A stretch of DNA of 64,000 nt from Atractiella rhizophila (taxonomy: Eukaryota), in NCBI GenBank assembly GCA_021432655.1, contig MU271274.1:1-64000 (forward strand), in the 5' to 3' direction. How positions within the stretch are numbered: position 1 is the first letter of the stretch; every line of letters begins with the position of its first letter. This document shows, piece by piece, positions 38,650-52,061 of the stretch. The translations under genes were made by a program, and so were the position numbers. The notes beneath the pieces were generated by a model. That model was not told the origin of the DNA and made no database searches. It saw nothing but the letters and a program-made list of their open reading frames with translations.

Positions 38650-40271
38650 CTACAGCAAACGCAAGACTGAGAACTCCAAAGAAGCGTGACTCAGCAACGA
38701 CATTGCAGCAGAGTTACCCGTTGTGCCTTGGGGAGAACTTGTTTGTGTGTTAGTTGCTGTGGGCGTTGTCTGCGTCGTAGGGGTAGCGGTATTAACAACT
38801 GTTGTTGTTGAACTGCTCGTGGTGAGTGTCGGAGTGGTGCTTGTGCTTGTGGACGTAGTGGACGTGCTGGACGTGGTGGGCGATGCTACAGCATTGTTCG
38901 GCGAGATAGTGGCTTGATTCACGCAGTTGGACTTGGGTGGAGCAGGGTGAGGAGGGGAGTGTTGCCTTGATCTTGATGGAAGGTAGAGCCATCGTAGATA
39001 CCTATTCGAGCGGTCAAGAAAATGGGGTGCGACGAAAAGACCAACATACCAGGATATTGTCCCGAGTCGCCGTCGCATGAATCATAAGTCCCGATCGTGT
39101 AGTCGCCTAGCCGAACAAAGTGAGAACTCGCCTCTCAAGCCATCTCGACCTACCAGGATTGTTCCAACCGCATCTTTTGGGGAGAAACATGTGAGCCCAC
39201 ATGGAAGTATGCAGCAAGGAGACCTTACCCCATCACATCGTAGATATGTTGGCTGCATTCACACAGTTCAGCTCAGCCTCAATGAAGGGGAGATAATCCA
39301 TACCACCAAAGCCATGCATTAGGACCATCCTTGCATACCCGGAAGCAGAATTCGGTAGCACTCATGAAGTTTGTCCACTCATGAGCCTGCTTCACACCAC
39401 CGCCAAAAGCGGACGTAAACACGATTCCACCGATTGGATTACCGTTGCCTATCAAATGGAAGGTAAGGATCGAACAGTGTGAGAACTTCTAGTACCAACC
39501 ATCTGCTCCGTGGGGATCTGAACGGAGTTTCAGATGCGTTAACAGGAGTTAGGGAAAGTGCTGACCCAATTCTCCTCCGCTATCACCAGCCACAACGTTC
39601 ATCTACTGTATTGTTTAGCTAGACGGCAGAAGATGGGGGGACAGGCTCGCCGTAGTGAAGTCGCCGTAACCTGAACGACTGCAATGAGACACTGTTGCAA
39701 AAGATAGAAAAGCAAACAAGCTCACCAGTAATCTGAACATAATCTGGCGTCTCAACCTACGCGTGGTTTTCATCAATAACCATTTCAAAGAAGTAAAGGC
39801 AACGTGCCCAATGAGCCCCTTGGATGGTTCCATCAGGAATCAACCTCGTTCCATAACCTATTCATTGTCAGATACACCATCTAACGGAGAACAGGGAAAC
39901 AAACCGGGTTTCGTGCACCAAGCAACCTCAAAACGTTCTGTAGAACCGATCTCTCCAGGGGTTGGTGGAGCCCAAACGCAAAAGTCGTTTAAACTAAGTA
40001 GCAGAGTCAGAAGTTGGTGAACTTGCACATGAACGAAATCCGCACGAGTTGAAGTAGGCAGTCTAAGCGGGCATTAGTCCACCACAATGGAAGAGAGCTA
40101 GAGTTCACTACTCACCTGGCACCTCGAATCTTGGCTGTTGGCCGTTCCACAGATGTTGTAACCCTCCTGCCCACTTTCTGTTTGATTTGGTAGGGATCCA
40201 GGAGTATAGGTTGCAGAGTACTGTGCTGTGGCGACAGAGATCAAGGCCGCGGCTGTGAGAAAGGCGTTCAT
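38650..40271 (-). CDS. Secreted MP88-like mannoprotein (macrophage-activating glycoprotein family) with Ser/Thr-rich tail
   Basis: Signal peptide MNAFLTAAALISVATAQ; GQEGYNICG; GDSGGEL-DPHGADGNGNPIGG; HEWTNFMSATEFCFRVC; CQHIYDVMGC; Thr-rich stalk. Confidence 0.82.
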
Positions 40272-41772
40272 GGTGGCTAAAGAGAATTAACACGACGATG
40301 GAAAGTAATTCGTGAGAGGAAAAGCTATAATCGAGACGAAGGGTGCGATATTAAAGACGATGAGAGGGGATCGTGCGATGGAAACAAGAGTTTTCGAAGG
40401 AATCGATTTTCAGAATCGAGGGGCTTCGCACGTACAGTCCGAGGAACCTCTCCTTCAAAAGGAATGCCAGAACCAAGGAAGGTCAAGACTCTTGTTCTCA
40501 CCGAAATAGCACAAGATAGCACGAACACGAGACCTTCAATCTACAGACCAAATGCACGATACTGCAATACCACATAGCCCGACTGTAGGGACTTGTACTT
40601 GGAAGGCAATGCCAGGGCATTGCCATTCACCTGTCTCTGAACCAGCGTCCATGGAGTTCACCGGTTCGCAACAGAGCGGAGAAAGCTAGATCCAGCCGTT
40701 CGAAGGGATCCAGCCGTTCGAAGCGTGTTCTCTGAGAAAGCGTGCCATTTTTCCATGTTCTTTGAGAATTCGGTGGATCGGAGCTGCGTTCAATCAAGCG
40801 CAGATAAAGTTTGAACAATCCGAAACTTGATCTCATTGGCGTCTTTGAATTCTGAGGTTTCTCAAATGTCAACCATAGGTGTGTTGTGGACATAATTTCG
40901 GCTGCAGCGTGTTTGTTTTGCTCTCCGATGCTGCTCCATTCGAGTTGGTACTTTTTTTACCACGCCTGCGCTTCAAAGCATTCAGCAATGACCCGCTTAG
41001 GCCTTTCCTGAAGGATTAGGTACATCATTTGTCGTTTCAACTTCCTTTTGGCTCAAATACCAAAGGCTGAGATGTTATGTGGATATATCTCGAGAAGGAT
41101 ATTCCAAGCTGCCAGATCGAGGCATTGAGATGGCAATCATGTTGCTGTTCTTTGGCAGTGAGAAATTTCATGAGCCCAGGATTATTTTGTGCTTCCACCT
41201 AAACTTCCGGCTTCCTTTCACTTCGCATTCCCCTCCTAATCAGAGGTTCCCAATCGTATTCTTGTCTCTTGTCAAATGATGCCAAAAGTCGTTCTCTTTT
41301 AGTCCCAGGACAGCTGTTTTCCGGTCGATTGACAGAATCTATCAAGGTAGGCAGTGGAAGCTATGAAACTTGTTGCTTACGGCCTCCATTTCGTCTGCAG
41401 CAGAGATATTGGTGTTGGCTCCGTTCAGGCTGTTGATAATAGTCGACGAGTTGATTGAAGGGAGCTGCAGGCTCATTTTGAATCTTTATCGATCGTGAAC
41501 ACCTTTAGAGCTGAAATGCATTGGCTTGAAGGTCTGTCGGAGGCTGACATATTTTCCCATCTCTGAGACATTCTATTCATCCTCACCATCTGAACTTGAG
41601 ACGTAGTATACAATACAGATGGGATCATACGCCATTGGACAACATTGGACACAGATTCATTGGATTGCTTCTTGCTTCTTGACCACGGGGTATCTTGGCG
41701 TAAAACTGGCGACACTCTCCTGCCATTATATCAGCGATGTGCCCCTTTTAGACATATGGGAAGCACACCACT

Positions 41773-42249
41773 TTAGATGTTCAAGCTCTTGCCATCATGC
41801 TTCTGAGCACGCTTCTGAATTTCCTCTGTCAATTCGAATCCATCAACCACAGTCACACGAAATCCAAACTCCTTTTTCCTTTCGAAGCGGCTGAGCAATT
41901 CAATCCCACAAGTCTTGCAGATGAAGTGCTCTATCTCCTTTTTCGCAAACCGGTATGTGACCATATTCTCCGGGCCGCCTGCGATGAAGCGTAGATCAGG
42001 GAAAGGTATGAGTCTAAATCCTGTTAGCTTGCTCGGAATAGTTCGTCGGAGTACATTCTGAACAACCACGAGGACCACTTACACTGATGGCGCAGGGTTG
42101 TATTGACAGTGCGAGCAGTTGCAGGTGTGCAACTGAGTTTGAGCAGAGTCGAGAGGGAAGGAGTGGAATTCGATAATGTTAGAGCGGCAGTGGCAACCTC
42201 CCGTGTATGTTTTCTTCGCATTGGTACTTTCCGCCTTTGGGACAGACAT
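41773..42249 (-). CDS. GFA/CENP-V family zinc protein (2 exons)
   Basis: YTGGCHC, CNCSHC, HFICKTCG, HDGKSL motifs. Confidence 0.88.
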
Positions 42250-43034
42250 TGTTGACCTTTGGCAGCAAGAGCTGTGTGGGCTGTTATCTTGAACGGGAAC
42301 GGGGAATGACAATCTGAAGCCTTGCTTGTTTCATGGCTTTGCCAATTTATAATTATCTTCTGTGGCTCGAAGACAAAGTCATCATGGTCATTTCCTTTCT
42401 CTCAGTCAATAAGGAAGCGTTGATGCGAATATCTGAATGAATGGCGGATATAGCACAAGGAAATCGGGCCGGGTGGAAGCAGGACGCGTGGTCAATCAAC
42501 AACAAAATCTAGCACTTGCTGTCATTCCGTCATTCTGGCAAGTGGTTTAAGAGGTCTCGTCGCTTTCGTAATGGGTCCCGACGTTGATCCCAACGATTTC
42601 ACGAAGACCGCAAGATGAAGCGAGCGCTCGCGAGCGTCACTTTGATGGAAGGCGCGGTCTGTTGCGCGAATCGGCGAGGTTTATATTACTTCAATCATTA
42701 CTGTACTGTAACTCTACTGTTCCTCTTGGAGCCTCTTTGGACCCAATATATAGCCTCGAAACGCCTCGAATCCTCCAGCTTTCCCATCGCCTTTACAGAC
42801 GTTCAGACCGGCGACGTTCAAATAGTCACGCTTTGATCTATTCAGCTGTCGGTGTCCAGCGTCCTTTCATGCCCCTCAAAAGAGCCAGTCGGCAGTCGAA
42901 CCTGGGCTGAGGCAACCCAGTTAGCCAAAGAATATAATTCTGGAACCATACGTTGCTGTCTTCACGTTTCGTTGGGAAGGTGTCTGTTGTTGCAAGCCAT
43001 CCACAAGTTGTAGCAAAAGGGGAGATAGCTCAGA

Positions 43035-44688
43035 ATGGCAGGTTCTGGTCAAAGCAAAGTCTGGATGGTCCCAATCCTGTTAGGAACTTTTGGGAGTTGG
43101 ATTCGTAGGTGAAGCTCATTCTCAATTCAGGTTTTGATTGGTCCTTTCAGTCTTTGGTCTTCTTCTCCTTCAGGGAGTGGTAGCCTCCAGAGCTTGCAAA
43201 TCTGCGACATTTCACATTGTTGTGCGTTTCTTAGATCCCCTACTAGTACTGGCAACAATAGCTTAGAATCTTGACAGATACTTTCTCTCCTCTTCCTTCA
43301 AACTGTACAAAGCGGTTCAGAACTCTCAGGCCTCGTCCGCTTCCTCTGCCAACTATCTGATGCCCCAGCCAGTTTTGGGACTTTCGAGCCTGAAGGAGCC
43401 TTGGTATCTATTTTGCGACACATATTTCAACTCCAATGCCAATCATTCCTTCTCTGGAGAGCGTTCACCAGCTTCCGCAAACTGGCGAGGCGCGAATGGT
43501 CTGCGAAGCGTTGGAAGAAGGTCGGAGGCTTCGTTGTCTTTGCAACAGTGGGGCTAGTAGCACTGGTTGGAGCTTTGGTGGGAATGGTCAACACATTCCT
43601 TCTTTATGTACGACGTTATTTCGCTCTCAATTCTGCAGCCTGTTGAACTATTCTGCAGACGGGAAAAGATCCACGCGTCATCAATAGGCTGATTTACGTC
43701 TCTCTCGGCCTCGGGAGCATGGCAGACGTCCTCATCTGCGCCATCATTACCTTAGGTTTATTCAGATTTTCGAAGCAAAATAAGTGGACACTCGAGGCTG
43801 TTTTTGCATTGTTTCTCAAGAACGTAAGCATGTTATGCATCCATTACCCATTGCAATCGACTAAATCGGCGTAGGGACTCGTCGTCACTTTATTTCATTT
43901 GGCAACCCTGCTTGTTTGGGCTTTTGATTGGCCATGGATGTACCTCCCAGTTCTTCCGCTCTCCAGTAAGTTCATTTTCCAAAGAAGCACCCACTGATCG
44001 CCTGCCAGAGCTCTACACCATCACATTCTTTTCCTTTTTCTTCACGTTGCCGTCGAGGTCGAAGGATGTGGAAGCGGATGAAGAGAAATCGGCGGTCGCA
44101 AACGAACCTGGCCATGAGGTCCATCGAGTGCAGTTCGCCGACATGATTTTGAGATATCAATACGAGCCTTGGAAAGTGGATCAACCGCCATCTCCAACCA
44201 AGTACTTTGTCAACCAGTCCCCACTAAAAGGCGACCAACCCGCCATCAAAATACCGAACCATTCCCCTCCACCTTCGAATGGATGTGAAGAAGGTACCAC
44301 GAAGGTCGATTCGTCTCACTCATCCATTCACGTCAATTCAACTTCCTCCATTCGTGGCAGCAGCAATGTGCCAACGCCCCTGCTCCTTAAAACAGAGAGA
44401 CTCTCCTCTGATTCCTCTTCCTCCTCAACCGTAGTGTCGCATTCGCCAAAACGATTCCATTCCATCAGCGGTAGGATGAGTATGGAATCAAGTAGAGAGG
44501 AATCCACTGAGGATATCGAGACGCTGGAGTCCAACGAAAGTCTGGAGGACACTCCGAGTCATGAGGGTGGGCTTTCCGTTATCGAAGAAGAAAGCGACGA
44601 GAGGAGCGGGTGTTTATCTACCATCGAGGAAATGAGTGAAGAGTCCAGGCTAGAAAATTTCTTGGATCGGCAAAGGAGTTTGCCATGA
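43035..44688 (+). CDS. Multi-pass membrane protein (DUF6534-like) with acidic/Ser-rich cytosolic tail
   Basis: Spliced PILLGTFGSWILFGLLLLQG, further hydrophobic segments (ADVLICAIIT, ELYTITFFSFFFTLPSR); multi-exon, boundaries partly uncertain. Confidence 0.6.
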
Positions 44689-45833
44689 GCATACTGCTAC
44701 ACTGTTTCATTCTTTATCCTCCGATGTGTTCTTTCCTCTGATAGAACTCTCACTTCGTCCCACATCGTTCTTATTCTCGCCAATGACTATTCTTACCGTT
44801 TCCCTTCGCCTTTCGTATTTACTTCGCATTCTCTTCTTAGCTTTTATAACGGTCGCGGCATCAATATGGACCTTGTCATGTATCTTAGCGATGTAGCAAA
44901 CGTAGTTTATTTTGTAAAGACAATCGTGTTGACGATCTTACCTTGATGAGCAATATGGCGTCGTGTTGACATTGCGCACACGAGCTGCGATCTCATTCTG
45001 CATGTCGATCTCGCACACCCTTGCACCAAATGGACACATCATTGCAGTGAGCTCGCGCAAAACTGCAATACATCCCCAGGCGGCTAACACATTGATGCGA
45101 TGAGACGTTCCCATCCCGCTGACATTATACCTTACAAAGAAAATAAAAACATTCGAAATGAGTATTGTTTGAGAGTCCTCTTAACGGTCAGAGTCTCCCA
45201 ACGTTACGCCAGCTCAGCGGTTGACGAGAAGGTGAAGCAAAGCACAGCACAGGCTGGGGCTTTGATATTAGCCCCAGTGGGTAAGCTCAGCTTGCAAGGA
45301 TTTCTTGATTCCCCTCATACACAGCTAAAAGGAGCGTAGCATATCCCAATCCCACGCTATGCATAGGTGTTTCACGCTGAAAGGACCGAACGACAAATTA
45401 TCACATTTTAGAGCAAGGACTGTTCATATGATGTTATAACTGCAGGCTCGTTCTATGGCAACTTATGTACTATGAAGAGCACTCCAAACCAACCTTTTGA
45501 CCTCAGTGCTCCAGACGAACCATCATGCTTGGAAGGATAAATTTCCTTCCTTCGCTATTCCCATCGCTACTCTCAACTTTATTAACTACCCTAACTTATC
45601 TCTGGCAAGTTGGGCTGGCTTCCTAATGCTGCATTAATGGTGGGGAGGACAGATTGGTGGTCGTTGGTAGTTTGAAGAAGTTTATGTTTACCTAGCCACG
45701 TCACCACATCTAGCAAGATCACGAAGTGACAACAAAGAAGCATCATAGCGGGAAGTCAGGTTGGCACTGTAAGCATTGTTTTGAGATGCTTTGGCGGAAC
45801 TGACTTCGAAATGTCAAGGCGAAACTTCGTACG

Positions 45834-48800
45834 ATGCTGTTTCCGCTGCTGGCACTTCTGCCAGCTACTTCTGCTGCACCACCCATCAAAGCGAAGATTG
45901 AGTTGGGTAGCGAGTGGGTTGAACCCAGTTTCGCATTGAGGTTTATGTAAGTCAATTGATATGCTAGAAACAGTCTTGGGGTGGACTAGTGAGAGCTGGT
46001 TTTGACATGTTGAGGTTGCAGTCAGCATCGCTGAACAGCGCTTTGCTGTATTCTGGAGCTGAGGTGTCTAACATACGCTTTGTTCCTTATCCAAGAGTTG
46101 CTAATGAAGCCGTGCTGACGATGCTTCTCCTGCAGTGAAACGTTAGCCGTCACATCGCCGTCTTCCCTGTTTCCCTTCCTCTCCTCTCTACCTCCCTCTG
46201 CATCTCATCAAAGCGACAAAGCAACGTACTCGTCCTATCTTTCCGCTCTTGCCTCGAATCTTTCTGCGACAGAGCTCTCCTTTCTCAAGTTTTCTCTTTC
46301 ACTGCAAGAAGCAACTCCACGAATCCAGGCTGCCTGGAGCTGGTACGATGATGCACTGCTAGCGGAGAAGAGCGAGCGCTGCGAAGGGGACAATTGGGTG
46401 GATATTGGTGGCGCCGTTGCTTGTTCTGTCGAAGAATTGCGAGGTCTTTTGGGGGAGTCGGATAGGGGATACAAGTCTCTACCCTTCGACCACGAGCTAC
46501 GCAACCCACACTTCTCCAGGAACGAGAAAGAGCTACCAGCTGCAATTTTGTATGCTCGACCCGCGTCGTCCACGTTCCAGTCCTTTCATTCATACCTCTC
46601 GAATCTCGCAACTTCTACTGACCAACTCAAGGCCAAAGTAAAATACATCATCCGCTGGCGTCCTGAAGAGAAAAAAGGAGGAAAAGAAAAGCACGGGTTA
46701 AGCAATTGGGGGGCAAGTTTGCATTTGAAGAAAAGCGACTATCTCGCCATTGACGATCGACAAGTTGAGGAAGGAGATGCCAGTACTCAACAAGAAAATG
46801 AAGACAGAGGAGGAAGGAAGATCAGAACAATGAAAACGCATGAGCTTTATGATGCTGGTCTGAGGACGACACAATACATCTTATCTGCTGAAGATCCGCT
46901 GGAAGCACTGGAGACGATGTCACAGGACTTCCTTATCAACTTTCCTAATCTCCCACCTATGTCCCAGGTCACTGAAGAAGTTGAGAGCGAGATTATGTAT
47001 AACCAACAGAACGTGTATGATGGCGGACGCTCTGCCTTGTGGATCAATGGAATTCAGATGAGCGAGAAAGAGGTCGATGGATTCAGGTTAGCAACGTTCT
47101 TTAATTTGGAGAGCTTGCCTCAAGTTCTACTAGTTTACTCCGTTCCATACGCCGCGAATACGAGTTTATGTCCTCCTTGACCAACCTCTCGCTTTCTCCT
47201 CAGGAAGCACTCGAGACTATCACGCATCCCGCGCTCACAGCGGCATCTAGCTCAGCAGCAACTGGTTCAGGCTTCATCACTCCGGAGGCGCTTGGGGAGC
47301 TCTTCGACTTTACGGATCGCAACGAGGGAGGAGACCTGATTCTTTGGTGGAATGACCTCGAGCGCGACAAGCGGTATAGCTCATGGCCAAAGAATGTACA
47401 GATCGTATGGTGTTCGCTTCGCATCCTCAAAGAATGGAAAGGTTAAGGAGTACATTCTAGATGCTCCGTCCCACATATCCTGGACAGATGACCCAAGTCG
47501 GCAGGAACCTGATGAATATCGTTCTCGTTCTTGACCTGTCGAGGATTGAAAACATTAAGCTAATTAGCGAAAACGTCAACTTGTTTATTCAGAAAGGCTT
47601 TCCGCTTAGAGTTGGCGTCGTACCTGCTTTGCATGCTGGAGATGAGGAAGATATCCGTAAGTCAGATTCTGCATCAATTGTATTTCGCTATTGATACAAC
47701 CTGGCCAGAAACCGATATGGCGAGGATCATATGGTACCTTGTAGATGCTGTCGGACGAGGAAAAACTATGGAGTATCTAGAACACGTTCGTCGTTTACCA
47801 CCTTAGAGGCTTACTCACATTTCCCGCTCTAGCTTGCCAAACTCGAAGTCGAAGAGCTAACCGAAGATCTAGTCGCGTCGAACTTCAACAAGTTTTTCCA
47901 CAAGAAGCGACAGAACGACGGCGACGATGTACTTACTTTCGAAGAGGTCCTATCGCCTGACTCAATTGTTGGGGCCGAAGGGGAATTAAAACTCCTTCAA
48001 GCCAGAAAGTATGCTAGACGTCTCGGTGTGGAGTTGGACGGAGAGAAGAACGGACGCGGTAGTTTCTTTATGAATGGAAAATACTTTGACCTTGACGACG
48101 TCTGCAACATTCTTACTTGAAGATTATGTGTGCTCAGATTGAGAACAGGATTGGTTACGTCACCTTCAAGAAACTGCGATGACGCACAGTCAGTTTATCA
48201 TGCAACAGGTGCGTTTTCTAGACATCCAGCAGGCAAAATCTGAATTTGTGGAAGCTTAGGTTTATCTAAAGAAGCTTACTGACGATGTTGTGGCATCTCT
48301 CTACTTCCCTAACCTTCCGACTACTTTCAAGAGGCGTAACGACGTTGTCTTCCCTTCCTCCACAGGCAGACCTCTGAAGATTGTGGATTTGGTGAAGGCG
48401 TCGAGTGGACTAGAGCAACTGTTCAAGCGTGACAGGTTTTGGACTTATGCAAAATATGGTGCGATCTGCCACTGAGGATTACATCAGATCTCATGTTTGT
48501 GCACAGTCGAAGGAGAGGAAGCCAGAGGCAACACGCAACCAAACTCGACACTTTGGATTGTTGGTGACTTCGACTCCCCGCATGCAACCAGCTTGCTACG
48601 CGAGGCTTTGATTTATATGGTATGTCCCGTTATTTCTTCAAAGCCACCTCTGGCCTCAAACAGTTTGCCTAGCAAGAGCAAGATGGCAGAGCACGACTTT
48701 CCTTTATTCATAACCCCTCTGCTGAGCACTACCACACACCGAAAGGTCGCTCTTACCTCCTCTTGGGTTACTTGACCAAAGCCCTGGTGCATGAGAGCCC

Positions 48801-51800
48801 GGTCGATATATTAGCCACACTGGATTTGGCTTCTCCAGGACATGACACTGACGTCGTTCGAGGAGACGCTTCGGTCCATAACGAGGACGTTCCAGAAGCC
48901 GACGTAGAGGATCTGAGGAAACTGCATGCTGAATTTGCGTCTAGGCTGGGCTTTCAGCCGGGTGAATCAGGTGTGCTGCTCAACGGAAGGGTTAGTTTAA
49001 TACCATTTTCTTGATGTGTCATTGATTCGTTGGCAAACAGGTCATCAACGACCTGAAAAATGTTGAAATGGTTGCAACGGATTTTGAGATTCTTGTCGAA
49101 TACGAGACGAAGATGCGGGTATTACCCGCAATCCTGTCGCTTAATGTTACTTTGCCCACTGAGAGGTCTGTCTCATCTTTCCCTCTGCGTCATCCAAATG
49201 CCAACAATGATTTAAGTCACGATCGCGCAAATCTGATAGCGTTATCCTCTTCTGTGCTATCGCTAGCTTACGCTCCCGAAGCGGACCAAGGCATGTTCAC
49301 TACTACTCTGGGCGGACGACAGAGATATTTCGATATGCTCAGTGGGAATCACAGGTAAATCGTCCCTTGTCTGTGTGGAGAAGTCCTGAAGACGTTCAAG
49401 CGTTGTACATCTCGGCTCAGATCCTTCTCTAGCCTTGATCGAACTCGTCATGCTACTCGATCCTCTGAGTGAATCAGCTCAACGATGGGCAACTATTTTG
49501 AAAGTAAGTCCACCAGCCTATGGAGACGCTCGCTGACGGACTTTGATAGGCTTTGAAAAATATTCCTGGGGTTTACATCAGAATCTACCTGAATCCAGCT
49601 CGTGGTCTTGCTGAGCTCCCCATTCGACGATTTTATCGATATCATATCGAATCAGAACCACATTTCACGTCAGAGGGGTACGATAACCGGCTGTGTACTT
49701 GCGAATACCGCTGATGTTAGTGCTGCAGGTCTGAAACTTCGCCATGGATCCAGTTCCTGGACATGCCCGAAGACGCACTCATGACTTTCAACCTGGAGGC
49801 TCACCCTAGCTGGCTCGCCTTTCCCAAGAAAACTGTCCATGATCTCGACAACATTCTTTTAAAGGATCTTCGTGGCTCTTCACGAACTAACGGAGTGGTT
49901 GCTATCTTCGAGTTGGAGAATATTGTGGTGGAAGGACACGCTCGAGACGTTCCGTCGGGAATACCACCAAGAGGCCTTCAGCTTGAACTTGCACGAGGGA
50001 ATCAGAAGGTAGATACGATCGTGATGGCCAATCTTGGCTATTTCCAACTGAAAGCGAATCCCGGCATGTGGAGCTTAGCGATTCGAGAAGGTCGTAGCTC
50101 TGAAATATTTGACTTGGAGTCTGTTGGGATAGGAGGCCTGAGAAGTGATCCAGTGGACAAAGTCGGTAACAGTTTGGTTCTCATGACTTTCGAGGGCTCG
50201 ACAATCTACCCACGATTTAGGCGAAGGAAGGGCATGGAAAAGGAAAGACTGGTGGAACTACCAGAGGAATTGAAAGAAGGCGAAACTCCAGGACAAAAGG
50301 TCTTTGACAAAGCCCAGAAATTGTGTGTGCATTTGCTAACAAGTGAACTTTCTAATATTCAATTGTTTCCTTGAAGTATGTCTTCCATGTTTGGAAGCTC
50401 GAAGAAGAAAATCGTCAAGAAAAGACCTGGTGCAGATATCAACGTCTTCACTGTGGCTTCAGGCCATCTCTACGAAGTGTGTCTTTCGCATTTATCTTCA
50501 GGTCTATTCACTGACACTTCCAGTAGCGCATGGCTTTTATCATGATAAAATCAGTCCTCACACACACCAAGAGCACCGTCAAGTTTTGGTTTATTCAAAA
50601 CTTCCTCTCTCCATCGTTCAAGGTATCCCTGTCCTCCCTTTCCCCAGGCTAGTTCGCTGAGTTAGGATCTAGGCTTTCATCCCACACATGGCAAAAGAGT
50701 ATGGTTTTGAGTATGAGCTTGTGACGTTCAAGTGGCCACACTGGTTACGAGCTCAAACCGAAAAGCAAAGGACAATCTGGGGGTAAGCCCTCTTTAACTC
50801 TGGGAGCGTCAACTCAGCAGCTGTTTTCAGATACAAAATCTTATTCCTCGACGTGCTCTTCCCCCTGGACGTCGACAGAGTCATTTTCGTTGACTCCGAC
50901 CAGGTCCGTACTCCTCTCTTGCCCCATAAACTCACTGTTGATGGAAAGGCAGATTGTGAGAGCGGATTTGAAAGAACTCGCAGAGTTAGATCTGGAAGGA
51001 GCCCCCTACGCCTATGCGCCCATGGGTGATTCTCGCCCTGAAATCGAAGGCTTTCGTTTCTGGAAAGGAGGCTACTGGGCTGAAACGCTGCAGGGTAAAC
51101 CATACCACATCAGGTATTTACTCCCATCTTAAATCATATCATCCCTGATTTGTCGTTCTAGCGCTCTATATGTCATAGATCTTGATCGCTTTAGACAACT
51201 TGCAGCTGGAGACAAACTGAGGGGACAGTATCAAGCCCTGTCTGCCGATCCAAACTCGCTAGCAAATCTCGACCAGGTTGGTCTTGCCATTAATTTGTGT
51301 GCTCTTTCGTTGACTAGTTTCTTCAGGACCTTCCGAACGTCATGCAAAGCCACCTTCCCATTGTAAGATGTTTCTAACTCTCAGTTGACGTCTCTAACAG
51401 CTCCATTAGCACACTCTCGATCAAGACTGGCTATGGTGCGAAACATGGTGCAGCGACGCCTCACTGAAGACTGCAAAAACCATTGACCTCGTAAGCCAGT
51501 TCATAGCTGCCGCATCGAAACTCACTCCTGTACCATCAGTGCAACAATCCCATGACGCATGAACCTAAGCTCGCACGAGCCAAGCGACTAATACCAGAAT
51601 GGACGGTCTATGACGACGAGATCGCTGCGTTAGCTAAACGTGTGAAAGCAGAGGCGAAAGACGCGGATGACAGTGTTGGAGCGATCGCTGAAGTGGCGGC
51701 GGACAGTTTGGGCCAGGCGAAACAGCAGGAGGAAGAGCGACAAGAGTTTGTTGGAGAGAGCAAGAAGGAGGAAGTGGAATTGATAGAGGAGAAGCAGGAG

Positions 51801-51821
51801 CGTCCCAAGGACGAGCTCTAA
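45834..51821 (+). CDS. UGGT: UDP-glucose:glycoprotein glucosyltransferase (UGGT, GT24), multi-exon
   Basis: Signal peptide; [87 protein letters not shown]-terminal KDEL. Confidence 0.96.
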
Positions 51822-52061
51822 TGGACTAGCCTAGATACCTTCTGGAAGGCATAATTTGGATTAGTTGTTTCTCAAAAGTTCAGTTCACATCTTTGGAAGT
51901 CATGTCAATCACGGAGGACGAGGGGATTAGAGGGGGTATATTTCCCAAGTGACAGACAGTGTTTGACGAAGGCTAAAATACAACATGCGTGAACTCATTA
52001 ACCCATAAATGTATCAGCAAATCCTCAGGCTCCGGATACTAGAGCCACATCATCGTTCAGT

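Noticed and set aside
40689..40723. Two-copy 17-bp direct repeat GATCCAGCCGTTCGAAG
   Set aside because: Simple local slippage duplication; no array or spacers
40627..41476. Possible minus-strand pseudogene with intron-like segments
   Set aside because: Several stops and no recognisable homology
44900..45420. Short open frames on the minus strand upstream of UGGT
   Set aside because: Interrupted by a stop and no motif support
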